Assembly (NCBI GenBank): GCA_028693955.1
Contig: JAQUUH010000002.1
Span: 75,264 to 129,838, forward strand
From: Bacilli bacterium
Lineage (GTDB): Bacteria > Bacillota_I > Bacilli_A > RFN20 > UBA1709
Direction: 5' to 3'
Length of the DNA: 54,575 nt
The notes under the pieces are model-generated. The model did not search any database, was not told where the DNA came from, and was given only the letters and a program-made list of their open reading frames with translations. This document shows positions 41,177-50,408 of this stretch, piece after piece. Position numbers and translations under genes: made by a program. The number at the start of each line of letters is the position of its first letter. Position 1 is the stretch's first letter.

Positions 41177-42532
41177 ATGGCAATTGAATATCCATATAGC
41201 GAACAAGCAGAAAGAGCCACACTAGGAACAATGATGGTGGATGAAGACTCTTTAAAAATTGCTCTTTCTTCACTAGTTGAAGAAGATTTTTATGTACCTA
41301 ATAATCGTTTACTTTTTAGGTGTATGAATCATTTATCTATGCGTCAATTGCCAGTAGATATTACAACCGTGACAGATGAGTTAGTTTCTATAAATAAACT
41401 CGAAGAAATTGGTGGAGTAGCGGCGCTTGTGGAATTGTGTGAAGGCGTTGTAACTACAAATTCAGAATATTATATAGGATTGTTAAAAGAAAAGAAAAAT
41501 TTAAGAGATTTATTAGACTTAATAAATAGAGTTGTTAAAGATTTTTCTGATAGTAATATCGGAGATAGTTCAGAGTACCTAGATGATTTAGAAAAAAAAG
41601 TAGTAGAGATTGCTAGAAATCGTAAGATAGGAGACTTTGAGACTTCAGAGAGTGTTTTATCTAAAATATATGAAAAGTTTAGAAGTTCTATAAACAAGAA
41701 AGTAACAACAGGAGTTCCTAGTGGATTTGGTGATTTAGATAAAATAACTAATGGATTCCAAAAAGGAGATATGGTTGTTTTGGCTGCAAGAACATCAATG
41801 GGTAAAACAGCATTAGCTCTTAATTTTGCTTTGAACGCTGCAAGAGATACAAAACAACCAATAGCAATATTTTCTCTTGAAATGCCAGCAGAACAACTTG
41901 TTAAAAGAATGATTTCTACAAGTTCATATCTAGAATCAGATAAATTAAGAGATTTTAAATTGAATAACGAGGATTTGATAAAATTTCAAGATGGTATAAA
42001 AAAGATAGGATCTTATGAAATATATATTGATGATACCCCAGCTGCAAGATTAATAGACATTCAATCAAAAGCTAGAAAATTAAAATCTCAAAGAGATAAT
42101 TTGGCAATGATTGTTGTGGATTATCTTGGAATGATTACTCTTCAAGGAAAAGCAAAACCAGAAAATAGAGTTCAAGAAGTTTCTGAACTTTCACGAGGTA
42201 TAAAAGCCATGGCCAGAGAATTAAATGTTCCTGTTATTTGTCTAGCACAACTTTCTAGAAATGTTGAAAAAAGAGGTGGAGATAAAAGACCTATGCTTTC
42301 GGATTTAAGAGAATCAGGAGCAATAGAGCAAGATGCTGATGTAGTTTTATTTATTTATAGAGATGATTACTATGATCATTCTGAAGAATCCAGGAAAAAA
42401 GAATCTGTTCCTGCCGAACTTATAATTGCAAAGCATCGTAATGGAGCAACAGGAATGGTAAAATTAGTTTTTACTAAAAAATATGGAGAGTTTAGGTCAA
42501 TGACTTATCGTGATGAAGGAAGTAAAAATTAA
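41177..42532 (+). CDS. dnaB: Replicative DNA helicase (DnaB/DnaC-Bsu type)
   Basis: Walker A AARTSMGKTALAL, Walker B IVVDYLG, LRESGAIEQDADVV motif. Confidence 0.95.
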   Translation: MAIEYPYSEQAERATLGTMMVDEDSLKIALSSLVEEDFYVPNNRLLFRCMNHLSMRQLPVDITTVTDELVSINKLEEIGGVAALVELCEGVVTTNSEYYIGLLKEKKNLRDLLDLINRVVKDFSDSNIGDSSEYLDDLEKKVVEIARNRKIGDFETSESVLSKIYEKFRSSINKKVTTGVPSGFGDLDKITNGFQKGDMVVLAARTSMGKTALALNFALNAARDTKQPIAIFSLEMPAEQLVKRMISTSSYLESDKLRDFKLNNEDLIKFQDGIKKIGSYEIYIDDTPAARLIDIQSKARKLKSQRDNLAMIVVDYLGMITLQGKAKPENRVQEVSELSRGIKAMARELNVPVICLAQLSRNVEKRGGDKRPMLSDLRESGAIEQDADVVLFIYRDDYYDHSEESRKKESVPAELIIAKHRNGATGMVKLVFTKKYGEFRSMTYRDEGSKN

Positions 42533-43293
42533 TGAATTATACAATTTTAGCGAGTGGATCTAGGGGAAATTCGACGGTAATTGAAAGTAATGGACACACA
42601 ATTTTAATTGATTGTGGTATATCTAGTTCTGAATTACATTCTAAGTTAGAGAAGTTAAACATAAATATAAAGCAAATTGAAGCGGTATTTATAACGCACG
42701 AACATATTGATCACATAAGGTCTATTCAAAATTTTGATTTTGCCAAAATATATAGTAGTCAAGATACCTTGGCAAATTTAGATATTAATAATGTTCTTTT
42801 GCCTTTTCAAGAGTATGAAATTGCAGGGTTTAAAATAACACCAATTCCTGTTTCTCATGATTGTAATAATCCTGTAGGTTATGTTATTAAAGATTCACAA
42901 GAAACACTTGTATATATGACCGACACAGGATATGTAAAAGAAAAATATTTCCAATATATAACAAATGCGACGCATTATATATTTGAAAGTAATCACGACG
43001 TCAAGATGCTTTTAAATACAAGTCGTCCTTATTATTTGAAAAAAAGAATAATGTCCATGGAAGGCCATTTATCAAACGATGATGCTGCCATTATTTTATC
43101 AAGAGTAATAGGAGACAAAACAAAAAGTTTGCGACTTGCCCATGTTAGTGAAGACGCTAACACTAAAGAATTAGCTTATGACACATTAATAAATGTATTT
43201 GAAGAATGTGGTATATCGTATGCTAATATCAACATAAAAGTTGCAGATAGATATCAAATTACGAAAGGGATGAGTGATTTTGAGGATAAATAG
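42532..43293 (+). CDS. walJ: Metallo-beta-lactamase-fold hydrolase WalJ/YycJ-like
   Basis: THEHIDHI metal motif. About 250 aa. Followed by htrA and rlmH, as in the Bacillus yycJ-htrC locus. TAATG overlap with dnaB. Confidence 0.75.
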   Translation: MNYTILASGSRGNSTVIESNGHTILIDCGISSSELHSKLEKLNINIKQIEAVFITHEHIDHIRSIQNFDFAKIYSSQDTLANLDINNVLLPFQEYEIAGFKITPIPVSHDCNNPVGYVIKDSQETLVYMTDTGYVKEKYFQYITNATHYIFESNHDVKMLLNTSRPYYLKKRIMSMEGHLSNDDAAIILSRVIGDKTKSLRLAHVSEDANTKELAYDTLINVFEECGISYANINIKVADRYQITKGMSDFEDK

Positions 43294-44428
43294 TTTATTT
43301 GGTGGAGCCTTAACATTAATTTTTTTGGCAAGTTCAATCCCTGCTATGACTTATAATAATGAAGTTAATTCAGTAAGTACAGATAAAGAATTAACTACAA
43401 ATTTATCTTTATATCAAGATATTGATAATATTGTAATTGAAAATGCAGAAAAAGCGGTTGTAAGTGTAATTAATTATGATAAGAATGGGAATTATTATGG
43501 TCTTGGAAGTGGAGTAATATTCAAAAGCGAAGGATCATTTCAATATTTGATAACTAATTATCATGTTGTTGAAGATGGAGCTACATTTGAGGTTGTTTCT
43601 TGGGACATGCAAAGAGTATATGGTATTGTAATTGGTTATGATTCGATTCAAGATTGTGCTGTAATTAGAATTCCAAAATTAGAAAATGCTAATGTAGCAG
43701 TAATTGGTGATTCTAGTTTAGTAGTAGTTGGAGAAGAAGTCTTTGCAATAGGGAATCCTGCTGATATTTCACTTAAAAACACAATTACCAGAGGGATTGT
43801 TAGTGGACTAAATAGAGTTGTTAATGAAACAGGAACATATTTAGAACAGCAAAAACATGCAATTCAACTTGATTTAGCAATAAATCCAGGTAATTCAGGT
43901 GGAGCTCTTTTTAATGAATATGGAGAACTAATTGGTATTAATACTTTGAAATTAACATCTGATGGTGGAACAGCAAAGTATGAAGGTATTAATTTAGCAT
44001 TACCAATAAGTGATATGTTTCTAGCGGCAAATAGAATTCTTTCTAGTGCTATTATTGCAAATGATGGGACATTATTACAAAATGGTACATATACAAAATC
44101 TTCTTTGGGTATAGCTAATTTCTATTCACTAAGAGATATAAGTTTAAGTCAAAGAAATCAGTTAAATATACCAAGTAGTGTAATTAGTGGGGTGCTAGTT
44201 CGTAATATATATGGTGTATTATCTAATCCTTTAAATACTAATAACATTGGCGAAGATTCAATAATAGTTTCTTATAATGGAACAAATGTTGTTGATAAAG
44301 TCCAATTAAGAAGTTTGGTTTATAATACTCTTATAGGAACTAATGTTTCCTTGACTATCTTGAAAAAGGTAAATAATAGTTATCAAACAGTTGTTGTTAC
44401 AACTAAAATTGTGCAATCGCAATATTAG
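43274..44428 (+). CDS. htrA: HtrA/DegP-family serine protease (S1C), membrane anchored, intact triad
   Basis: N-terminal TM. His in ITNYHVV, Asp in QDCAVIRI, Ser in GNSGGALFN. C-terminal PDZ-like region. GTG 43274 (or TTG 43280). Confidence 0.82.
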   Translation: MILRINSLFGGALTLIFLASSIPAMTYNNEVNSVSTDKELTTNLSLYQDIDNIVIENAEKAVVSVINYDKNGNYYGLGSGVIFKSEGSFQYLITNYHVVEDGATFEVVSWDMQRVYGIVIGYDSIQDCAVIRIPKLENANVAVIGDSSLVVVGEEVFAIGNPADISLKNTITRGIVSGLNRVVNETGTYLEQQKHAIQLDLAINPGNSGGALFNEYGELIGINTLKLTSDGGTAKYEGINLALPISDMFLAANRILSSAIIANDGTLLQNGTYTKSSLGIANFYSLRDISLSQRNQLNIPSSVISGVLVRNIYGVLSNPLNTNNIGEDSIIVSYNGTNVVDKVQLRSLVYNTLIGTNVSLTILKKVNNSYQTVVVTTKIVQSQY

Positions 44429-44439
44429 GAGGATGTAAA

Positions 44440-45699
44440 ATGAAATTATATAAAAAAATAGCAGCTTTAGTTTTGGGGGCAATGCTTTTATCAAGTTGTC
44501 AATTAATTGATAAGATAGATGGTGTAATTAATTCTACAAGTAGTTCCTCATCACAAAGCGATAATCCTATTAGTACAAGTGTAGATTTAGATAATACTTC
44601 ATTTTGCCAAAATGCTGTTAATTCTGATACTAATTACACAAGTTCTACAAGCAATGTAATGAATATGTCAACAGCATCTTCAATATTTGCAGAGGTAAGG
44701 GAATCAGCAGTTGTAGTTAATGCCTGTTATGCTTATAATTCTAGTGAATATAATTACATAACTTCTGGTTTTATTTATAGTAAAATTGATGATACATATT
44801 ATATTGTTACAAATGCATCAGGAATTTTTCATCGTTATATAAGTGCGACAACTAATATAACTGAAAATGATGTGATAGTTATTAAAGATGGTGATTTTGA
44901 AATTTCATTTGATGATGGCAAAAGATACATTGGTCAATTTGTTGGATCATATGATGCAGCAGATTTAGCGGTTTTTGCTATTACTACTCAAGATGATATT
45001 AAACTTCCAACAATTGGAAGTTCTGATGAACTAGAATTAGGAGATAGTGTACTAGCAATTGGCACCCCTTCTTTAGGAGATTCATTGATAAATTCATTGG
45101 TTAGAGGAACTATATCAGGTTTAGGAAGACGCCAACAAATAAGTTATAATCAGACAATCGGAATTAAGCAATATACATTTAGCGTAGCAGATTATTCTAC
45201 TTTCCAATTTGATGCTCCAGTTAATGGTGGAATGGAAGGTGGACCTGTTGTTAATTCTAATGGCGAAATAGTTGGAGTCATTTCTTATAAATATTTAAAT
45301 GATAGTTCAACAGTTGCTTATGAATCATTATCTCTTGCAACACCAATAGATGATTTAAAACTTCCTATTCAAAAAATAATTGAAGATGGTGAATTTATTA
45401 AACCAACAATAGGTGTTTCTATTGCAGATGTTGGTCCAATGACAATCGTTCAAAGAACCGCAAACAACATAAATGACAATGTTTATACTGGATCTTATAT
45501 TGCTGCAGTATCTACAGGATCAAGTGCTAGTAAGGCAAGTGTAGGTGTTGGAGAAGTAATAGTGGAATTTAATGGAGCAGAGGTTAAAGGTATGTCTCAG
45601 GTTTCAAGTCAATTATTGAGATTACAAAAAGGTGATTCAGTAGTTATGAAGACTGTTGATAAATCAAATGTATCCCACACATATAACATAGCATTATAG
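44440..45699 (+). CDS. HtrA-like lipoprotein with degenerate catalytic triad (probable pseudoprotease)
   Basis: Lipobox LSSC (Cys20), S-rich linker. IVTNASGIF replaces TN.HV (Ser codon at 44818-44820). DLAVFAI keeps the Asp. NGGMEGGPV replaces GNSGG (Glu codon at 45235-45237). PDZ-like C-terminus. Confidence 0.7.
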   Translation: MKLYKKIAALVLGAMLLSSCQLIDKIDGVINSTSSSSSQSDNPISTSVDLDNTSFCQNAVNSDTNYTSSTSNVMNMSTASSIFAEVRESAVVVNACYAYNSSEYNYITSGFIYSKIDDTYYIVTNASGIFHRYISATTNITENDVIVIKDGDFEISFDDGKRYIGQFVGSYDAADLAVFAITTQDDIKLPTIGSSDELELGDSVLAIGTPSLGDSLINSLVRGTISGLGRRQQISYNQTIGIKQYTFSVADYSTFQFDAPVNGGMEGGPVVNSNGEIVGVISYKYLNDSSTVAYESLSLATPIDDLKLPIQKIIEDGEFIKPTIGVSIADVGPMTIVQRTANNINDNVYTGSYIAAVSTGSSASKASVGVGEVIVEFNGAEVKGMSQVSSQLLRLQKGDSVVMKTVDKSNVSHTYNIAL

Positions 45700-45700
45700 T

Positions 45701-46177
45701 ATGAAAATTAAAATTTTAGCTGTAGGCAAATTAAAAGAAAGATATTTAGTCGATGCCTGTAAAGAATATATAAAAAGGATTTCAAGGTTTTCTAAGGTTG
45801 AGGTTGAAGAAATTGAAGAAATAAGACTTTATAAAGATTCACCATCATACATTGAAAAAGTTATTGAAGAAGAGAGTTTAAAAATAATGAATTTGTTAAA
45901 TTCTAATGATTATAATATCTTGTTAGATGTTGAAGGGGAAAAATTTTCATCCATAGAATTCTCTCAATTTTTAAAGAAAAAAATGGATGAAGGCAATTCT
46001 AGTTATACTTTTATAATTGGGGGATCTTATGGTGTTAGTGATAAATTAAGAAATATTGTTAATCAAAAAATTTCTTTATCAACATTAACATTTCCTCATC
46101 AACTTGCTAGAGTGATTGTTTTTGAACAAATTTATCGATGTTTTAAAATATTAAATAATGAAATTTATCATAAATAG
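45701..46177 (+). CDS. rlmH: 23S rRNA (pseudouridine1915-N3)-methyltransferase RlmH
   Basis: 158 aa SPOUT protein. MKIKILAVGKLK N-terminus and C-terminal LSTLTFPHQLARVIVFEQIYR. Confidence 0.9.
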   Translation: MKIKILAVGKLKERYLVDACKEYIKRISRFSKVEVEEIEEIRLYKDSPSYIEKVIEEESLKIMNLLNSNDYNILLDVEGEKFSSIEFSQFLKKKMDEGNSSYTFIIGGSYGVSDKLRNIVNQKISLSTLTFPHQLARVIVFEQIYRCFKILNNEIYHK

Positions 46178-46197
46178 CTCTTTGAGCTATTTTTTTT
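46174..46197 (+). terminator. Rho-independent terminator after rlmH
   Basis: ATAGCTC-ttt-GAGCTAT followed by T7. The stem includes the TAG stop. Confidence 0.8.
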
Positions 46198-46258
46198 AAT
46201 GTAATTTAATAGTAAAATAGTGTAAAATATAAATAAAAGTTATATAAGAGGGGATAAA

Positions 46259-47434
46259 ATGAATTTTTTAGTAAAAAAATTTATCAAAGATTATGATAAT
46301 GTAAATAACTTAAAAGTGCGTACAGGCTATGGTAAATTAGCCGCTAGTGTTGGTATAATTAGCAACTTAGTTCTTTTTGTCACCAAATTAATTGTTGGGT
46401 TATTATCCAATAGTATTAGTATAATAGCAAATGGTGTTGATAATTTATCTGATATGGGAAGTTCTGTGGTAACATTGTTTGGATTTAAAATGTCACAACG
46501 ACCAGCAGATAGCGAACATCCATATGGGCATCAAAGAATAGAATACATTGCAGGGTTAATTGTTTCTATTCTTATTTTATATATAGGGGTAAAAATTGGA
46601 ATTCAATCAGTACAAAGAATTATAACCCCTGAAGAGACAGTTTTTGGAGTATGGTCGATAATAGTTCTTGTCTTTTCTATAATTGTTAAATTTTTTCAAG
46701 GAAGATTTTATAGAAAACTAGGAACTAAGATAAATTCAATGACACTTATTGCTACTGGAGCAGATTCTCGTAATGATGTTATTACTACAGGCTCAGTGCT
46801 TTTAGGAACATTGTTTTCTATGTTAACAAATATTAATATAGATGGTTATTTAGGATGCTTGGTTTCAATATTTGTTATTATTTCGGGCATTCAACTAATT
46901 AAAGATACAACAGACCCACTAATTGGAAAGGCACCCGATAAGAAGTTAATAAGTAAAATAACTAAAGATATAAGAGTTCATGAAGGTGTTTTAGGGACTC
47001 ATGATTTAGTTTGTCATATGTATGGAGAAAATAAATGTTTTATGAGTATCCATGTTGAGGTCTCATATAAAGAAGATATTCTTAAAAGCCATGATATGAT
47101 TGATAATATTGAAAGAGAAATAAAAGAAAAATACAATGTTGAACTTGTAATTCATATGGATCCTGTCGTAATAGATGATAATGAGATGAATTATTTAAAG
47201 AACATTGTTGATAAATTGATATCAGACTTAAATGTTGGATTATCTTTTCATGATTTTAGACTAGTAAGAGGAGAAACTCATACCAATATTATATTTGATA
47301 TTGTAAGGCCAACAGATTGTAAATTATCTACTAAAGAGATTAAAACTATGCTTCAAAAAGAAATAAGAAAAATAGATAAACGTTATTATATTGTTATAAA
47401 TTTTGATAACGAATACACAAATTATCAAGATTAA
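46259..47434 (+). CDS. Cation diffusion facilitator (CDF) family metal efflux transporter
   Basis: 6 TM, DNLSDMGSS and HPYGHQRIE motifs, C-terminal cytoplasmic domain. Confidence 0.85.
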   Translation: MNFLVKKFIKDYDNVNNLKVRTGYGKLAASVGIISNLVLFVTKLIVGLLSNSISIIANGVDNLSDMGSSVVTLFGFKMSQRPADSEHPYGHQRIEYIAGLIVSILILYIGVKIGIQSVQRIITPEETVFGVWSIIVLVFSIIVKFFQGRFYRKLGTKINSMTLIATGADSRNDVITTGSVLLGTLFSMLTNINIDGYLGCLVSIFVIISGIQLIKDTTDPLIGKAPDKKLISKITKDIRVHEGVLGTHDLVCHMYGENKCFMSIHVEVSYKEDILKSHDMIDNIEREIKEKYNVELVIHMDPVVIDDNEMNYLKNIVDKLISDLNVGLSFHDFRLVRGETHTNIIFDIVRPTDCKLSTKEIKTMLQKEIRKIDKRYYIVINFDNEYTNYQD

Positions 47435-47460
47435 TATAAAACTAAAGGGGGAATTTTAAT

Positions 47461-47961
47461 ATGATTATTATTAAAATGGAGAATGGGAAAGAAATAAAGA
47501 TTGAGTTAGATTACGAAAATGCTCCAAATACTGCAACTAATTTTGCTTGTTTAGCATCAAAAGGATTTTACAATGGTTTAATTTTTCATAGAGTAATAAA
47601 AAATTTCATGATTCAAGGGGGAGATCCTACAGGTACCGGGTCTGGAGGCCCAGGATATTGTATTAAGGGAGAGTTTAAATCTAATGGGTTTAATAATAAG
47701 ATTTCTCATCTTAGAGGAGTGATATCTATGGCAAGAACAATGGAGCCTAATTCTGCTGGATCTCAATTTTTCATTGTTCAAAAAGATGCGCCACATCTTG
47801 ATGGTCAATATGCAGCTTTTGGAAAAGTAGTTGAGGGAATTGAAGTTGTTGATGAAATAGCAAGTGTTCAAACTAATGCAGTGGATCGACCAAGAATAGA
47901 GCAAAAAATATTAACTGTTTCGGTTCATAATGAAGTTATAAAAGAACCTAAAAAGATTTAG
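47461..47961 (+). CDS. ppiB: Peptidyl-prolyl cis-trans isomerase, cyclophilin type
   Basis: FHRVIKNFMIQGGDPTGTGSGGPGY and SMARTMEPNSAGSQFFI motifs. Confidence 0.92.
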   Translation: MIIIKMENGKEIKIELDYENAPNTATNFACLASKGFYNGLIFHRVIKNFMIQGGDPTGTGSGGPGYCIKGEFKSNGFNNKISHLRGVISMARTMEPNSAGSQFFIVQKDAPHLDGQYAAFGKVVEGIEVVDEIASVQTNAVDRPRIEQKILTVSVHNEVIKEPKKI

Positions 47962-47964
47962 TTA

Positions 47965-47994
47965 AGTAGCGATTTTATAATCGCTACTTTTTTA
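47965..47994 (+). terminator. Rho-independent terminator after the cyclophilin gene
   Basis: AGTAGCGAT-tttata-ATCGCTACT followed by T6. Confidence 0.85.
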
Positions 47995-48002
47995 TTGGGG
48001 TG

Positions 48003-48051
48003 TTGACAAAAATAGTCAATGCAATAAAATAAGATTGACTAGACAGTCAAT
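48003..48051 (+). promoter_or_regulatory. Promoter with candidate TetR operator
   Basis: TTGACA (48003-48008), 16 nt, TAAAAT (48025-48030). Palindrome ATTGACT-agac-AGTCAAT (48034-48051) just downstream, plus an extra AGTCAAT half-site in the spacer (48014-48020). Confidence 0.6.
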
Positions 48052-48073
48052 AATTGATGTAGGAGAAAAATAT

Positions 48074-48718
48074 ATGAATCAAAAATTTCACCAATTATCA
48101 ATAGAAAAAAAAGAAAGAATAATTAATGCATCACTTGAAGTTTTTTCTAATAATGAATATAAGAAAGCATCAACAGATACAATAGCTTACAAAGCGGGTA
48201 TTTCTAAAGGATTATTATTTTATTATTTTAACAATAAAAAAGAGTTATATTTATTTTTATTTGATTATGCTCTTAATTTAATGAAAAAAGAATTATATTG
48301 GAATGAAAAAGATAAAATAAATTCTTCTGATTTTTTTGAGTATATTGAAGAAATCGGGACAAAGAAGATGACATTTTTAAATAATTATCCTTATATAGTA
48401 GATTTTTGTGCAAGAGCTTATTATTCTCAAAATGAAGTTATTTCTCAAGATATGCAAATGAAATTAAAAAAAGAAACCTTAAGTCTTTATGGAGCTTTTG
48501 ATAATATAAATTATGATAAATTTAAAAATGGTGCAAATCCTCAAAAAATAATAAGAATGTTAACTTGGTTAACAGATGGCTATATAAGTGAAAAGAAAAG
48601 ATTTGAAGGTAAAATTAATTTAAATGAGATAATGTCAGAATATAAGCAATGGCTAGATTTATTCAAAAATAACTTTTATAAGGAGGAGTATTTGAATGGA
48701 TATAATAAAGATAAATAA
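48074..48718 (+). CDS. TetR/AcrR-family transcriptional regulator
   Basis: N-terminal HTH KKASTDTIAYKAGISKGLLFYYF. ATG 48074 after AGGAG. The track's TTG 48035 lies inside the operator palindrome. Confidence 0.82.
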   Translation: MNQKFHQLSIEKKERIINASLEVFSNNEYKKASTDTIAYKAGISKGLLFYYFNNKKELYLFLFDYALNLMKKELYWNEKDKINSSDFFEYIEEIGTKKMTFLNNYPYIVDFCARAYYSQNEVISQDMQMKLKKETLSLYGAFDNINYDKFKNGANPQKIIRMLTWLTDGYISEKKRFEGKINLNEIMSEYKQWLDLFKNNFYKEEYLNGYNKDK

Positions 48719-49586
48719 TATTACCAAAGATTATGGGGGAGGAAGAGGCATTTTTGATGTTTCTTTTTGTGTGAAAAAAGGAGAAATTATGGGGTTTTTA
48801 GGTCCAAATGGTGCAGGAAAGACAACTACAATAAGACATTTATTGGGACTTATTAATCCTCAAAATGGAACAGCAACAATTAAAGATATGGACTGTTTTA
48901 AAAGCGCAGATATTATTTCTAAATATTTAGCTTACTTACCAGGAGAAATTTCTTTTTTTGATAATATGAGTGGTAATGAGTTTATAAACTTTATTGCTAA
49001 AATGAAGGGTATAGTTGATATGAAGTATGTAGATTTATACAAAGATAAATTTGAATTAGATGCTAATATATCAATTAAGAAAATGTCTAAAGGTATGAAA
49101 CAAAAATTAGCATTAGTTGTTGCTTTAATGCAAGATGCTGAAATTATGATTCTTGATGAGCCAACAAGTGGGTTAGATCCATTAATGCAAAATAGATTTG
49201 TAGAAATTGTTTTGGAGCTTAAAAAAAGAGGGAAGACAATACTAATGTCATCACATATTTTTGAAGAAATAGAAAAAACTTGTGATAGAGTGGTAATAAT
49301 TAAAAACGGGAAAGTGGTCGCTGTAGAAAATGTTGATAAATTAAAGCATAATAAAGAAATAAATTATGAGATAGAATTTGAAAGTGAAGAAATTTGCAAA
49401 GTATTTATAAAAGAAAACCCCGATTTAAATGCAAAAATTAGGAATAAAATAGTTACAATTTCATATAGTAATGATATTAATACTTTACTAAAAATTCTTT
49501 TGAAATATAGTATTAAAGACTTAAATGTTTATCAAAAATCGTTAGAAGAATTATTTATGCATTTTTATGGAGGTGAACAAAAGTGA
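48696..49586 (+). CDS. ABC transporter ATP-binding protein (ABC-2 exporter type)
   Basis: GPNGAGKTTT, MSKGMKQKLALVVAL, ILDEPTSGLDP, SSHIFEE, plus a C-terminal accessory domain. AAGGAGG RBS. Confidence 0.88.
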   Translation: MDIIKINNITKDYGGGRGIFDVSFCVKKGEIMGFLGPNGAGKTTTIRHLLGLINPQNGTATIKDMDCFKSADIISKYLAYLPGEISFFDNMSGNEFINFIAKMKGIVDMKYVDLYKDKFELDANISIKKMSKGMKQKLALVVALMQDAEIMILDEPTSGLDPLMQNRFVEIVLELKKRGKTILMSSHIFEEIEKTCDRVVIIKNGKVVAVENVDKLKHNKEINYEIEFESEEICKVFIKENPDLNAKIRNKIVTISYSNDINTLLKILLKYSIKDLNVYQKSLEELFMHFYGGEQK

Positions 49587-50383
49587 TTAACTGGACATTA
49601 TTTAAACAAGAGATAAAAAATAATTATCGTTTAACTATTATTTTTGTATTTATTCTAATTTTATATACAGCAATAATAATTGCAATGTATGATCCTCAAT
49701 TTGCTTCTAGTCTTGAGCAGATGAGTCAAAGTATGCCTGAGATATTTGCTGCTTTTGGAATGGCCAATATAAGCACTAATCTTACAGAATTTCTTATAAA
49801 TTATTTGTATGGTTTTTTATATTTAATTTTCCCAATAGTATTTATCATATTGGTAACTAATAATTTAATTGTTAAATATGTTGATAAGGGATCAATGTCA
49901 TACTTACTAGCAACTCCTAACAAAAGAAGTAAAATAATTGCTAATCAAGCAATGGTAGCGTTATTTTTATCTTTTATAATAATCATCTTTTTAACACTAT
50001 TTTGTATAATAATTGGTGAAATACTTTTTCCAGGAGATATGGACATAAAAGGATTAATTCTTGTTAATATTGGTCTTTTTGGTTTATGGACATTTATTGC
50101 TAGTTTAAGTTTTCTTTCTGCATGCGTTTTTAATGAATCAAGAAAAAGTATAGGAATATCAGTGGGGATAATAATATATTCAATTCTTGTACAAATGCTT
50201 TCTCAATTTAATGATAAATTGGATTTTTTAAAATATTTAACACCATTAAGTTTATTTAATAGTTTAGAAATTTTAAAAGGAGATATGAAATATATATTAT
50301 TGTTTATTCTTCTTTATTTAGTTAGTGTGGGATTTTATTTTATAGGAATTAAAGTATTTAAAAGAAAAGATTTATCGTTATAA
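49583..50383 (+). CDS. ABC-2-type exporter permease
   Basis: 266 aa, about 6 TM. GTG start overlaps the ATPase stop by 4 nt. Confidence 0.7.
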   Translation: MINWTLFKQEIKNNYRLTIIFVFILILYTAIIIAMYDPQFASSLEQMSQSMPEIFAAFGMANISTNLTEFLINYLYGFLYLIFPIVFIILVTNNLIVKYVDKGSMSYLLATPNKRSKIIANQAMVALFLSFIIIIFLTLFCIIIGEILFPGDMDIKGLILVNIGLFGLWTFIASLSFLSACVFNESRKSIGISVGIIIYSILVQMLSQFNDKLDFLKYLTPLSLFNSLEILKGDMKYILLFILLYLVSVGFYFIGIKVFKRKDLSL

Positions 50384-50385
50384 AA

Positions 50386-50408
50386 AAAAGTAGACTTAAT
50401 CTACTTTT
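50386..50408. terminator. Bidirectional terminator between the ABC-2 permease and pepA
   Basis: AAAAGTAGA-cttaa-TCTACTTTT, with A/T runs on both strands. Confidence 0.75.

Noticed and set aside
46212-46229. Direct repeat GTAAAATA x2, spaced 10 nt, upstream of the CDF transporter gene, as a possible metalloregulator site.
   Set aside because: It is short, AT-rich and overlaps plausible -10 (TAAAAT) elements. No regulator gene is adjacent. Chance occurrence in this composition is likely.
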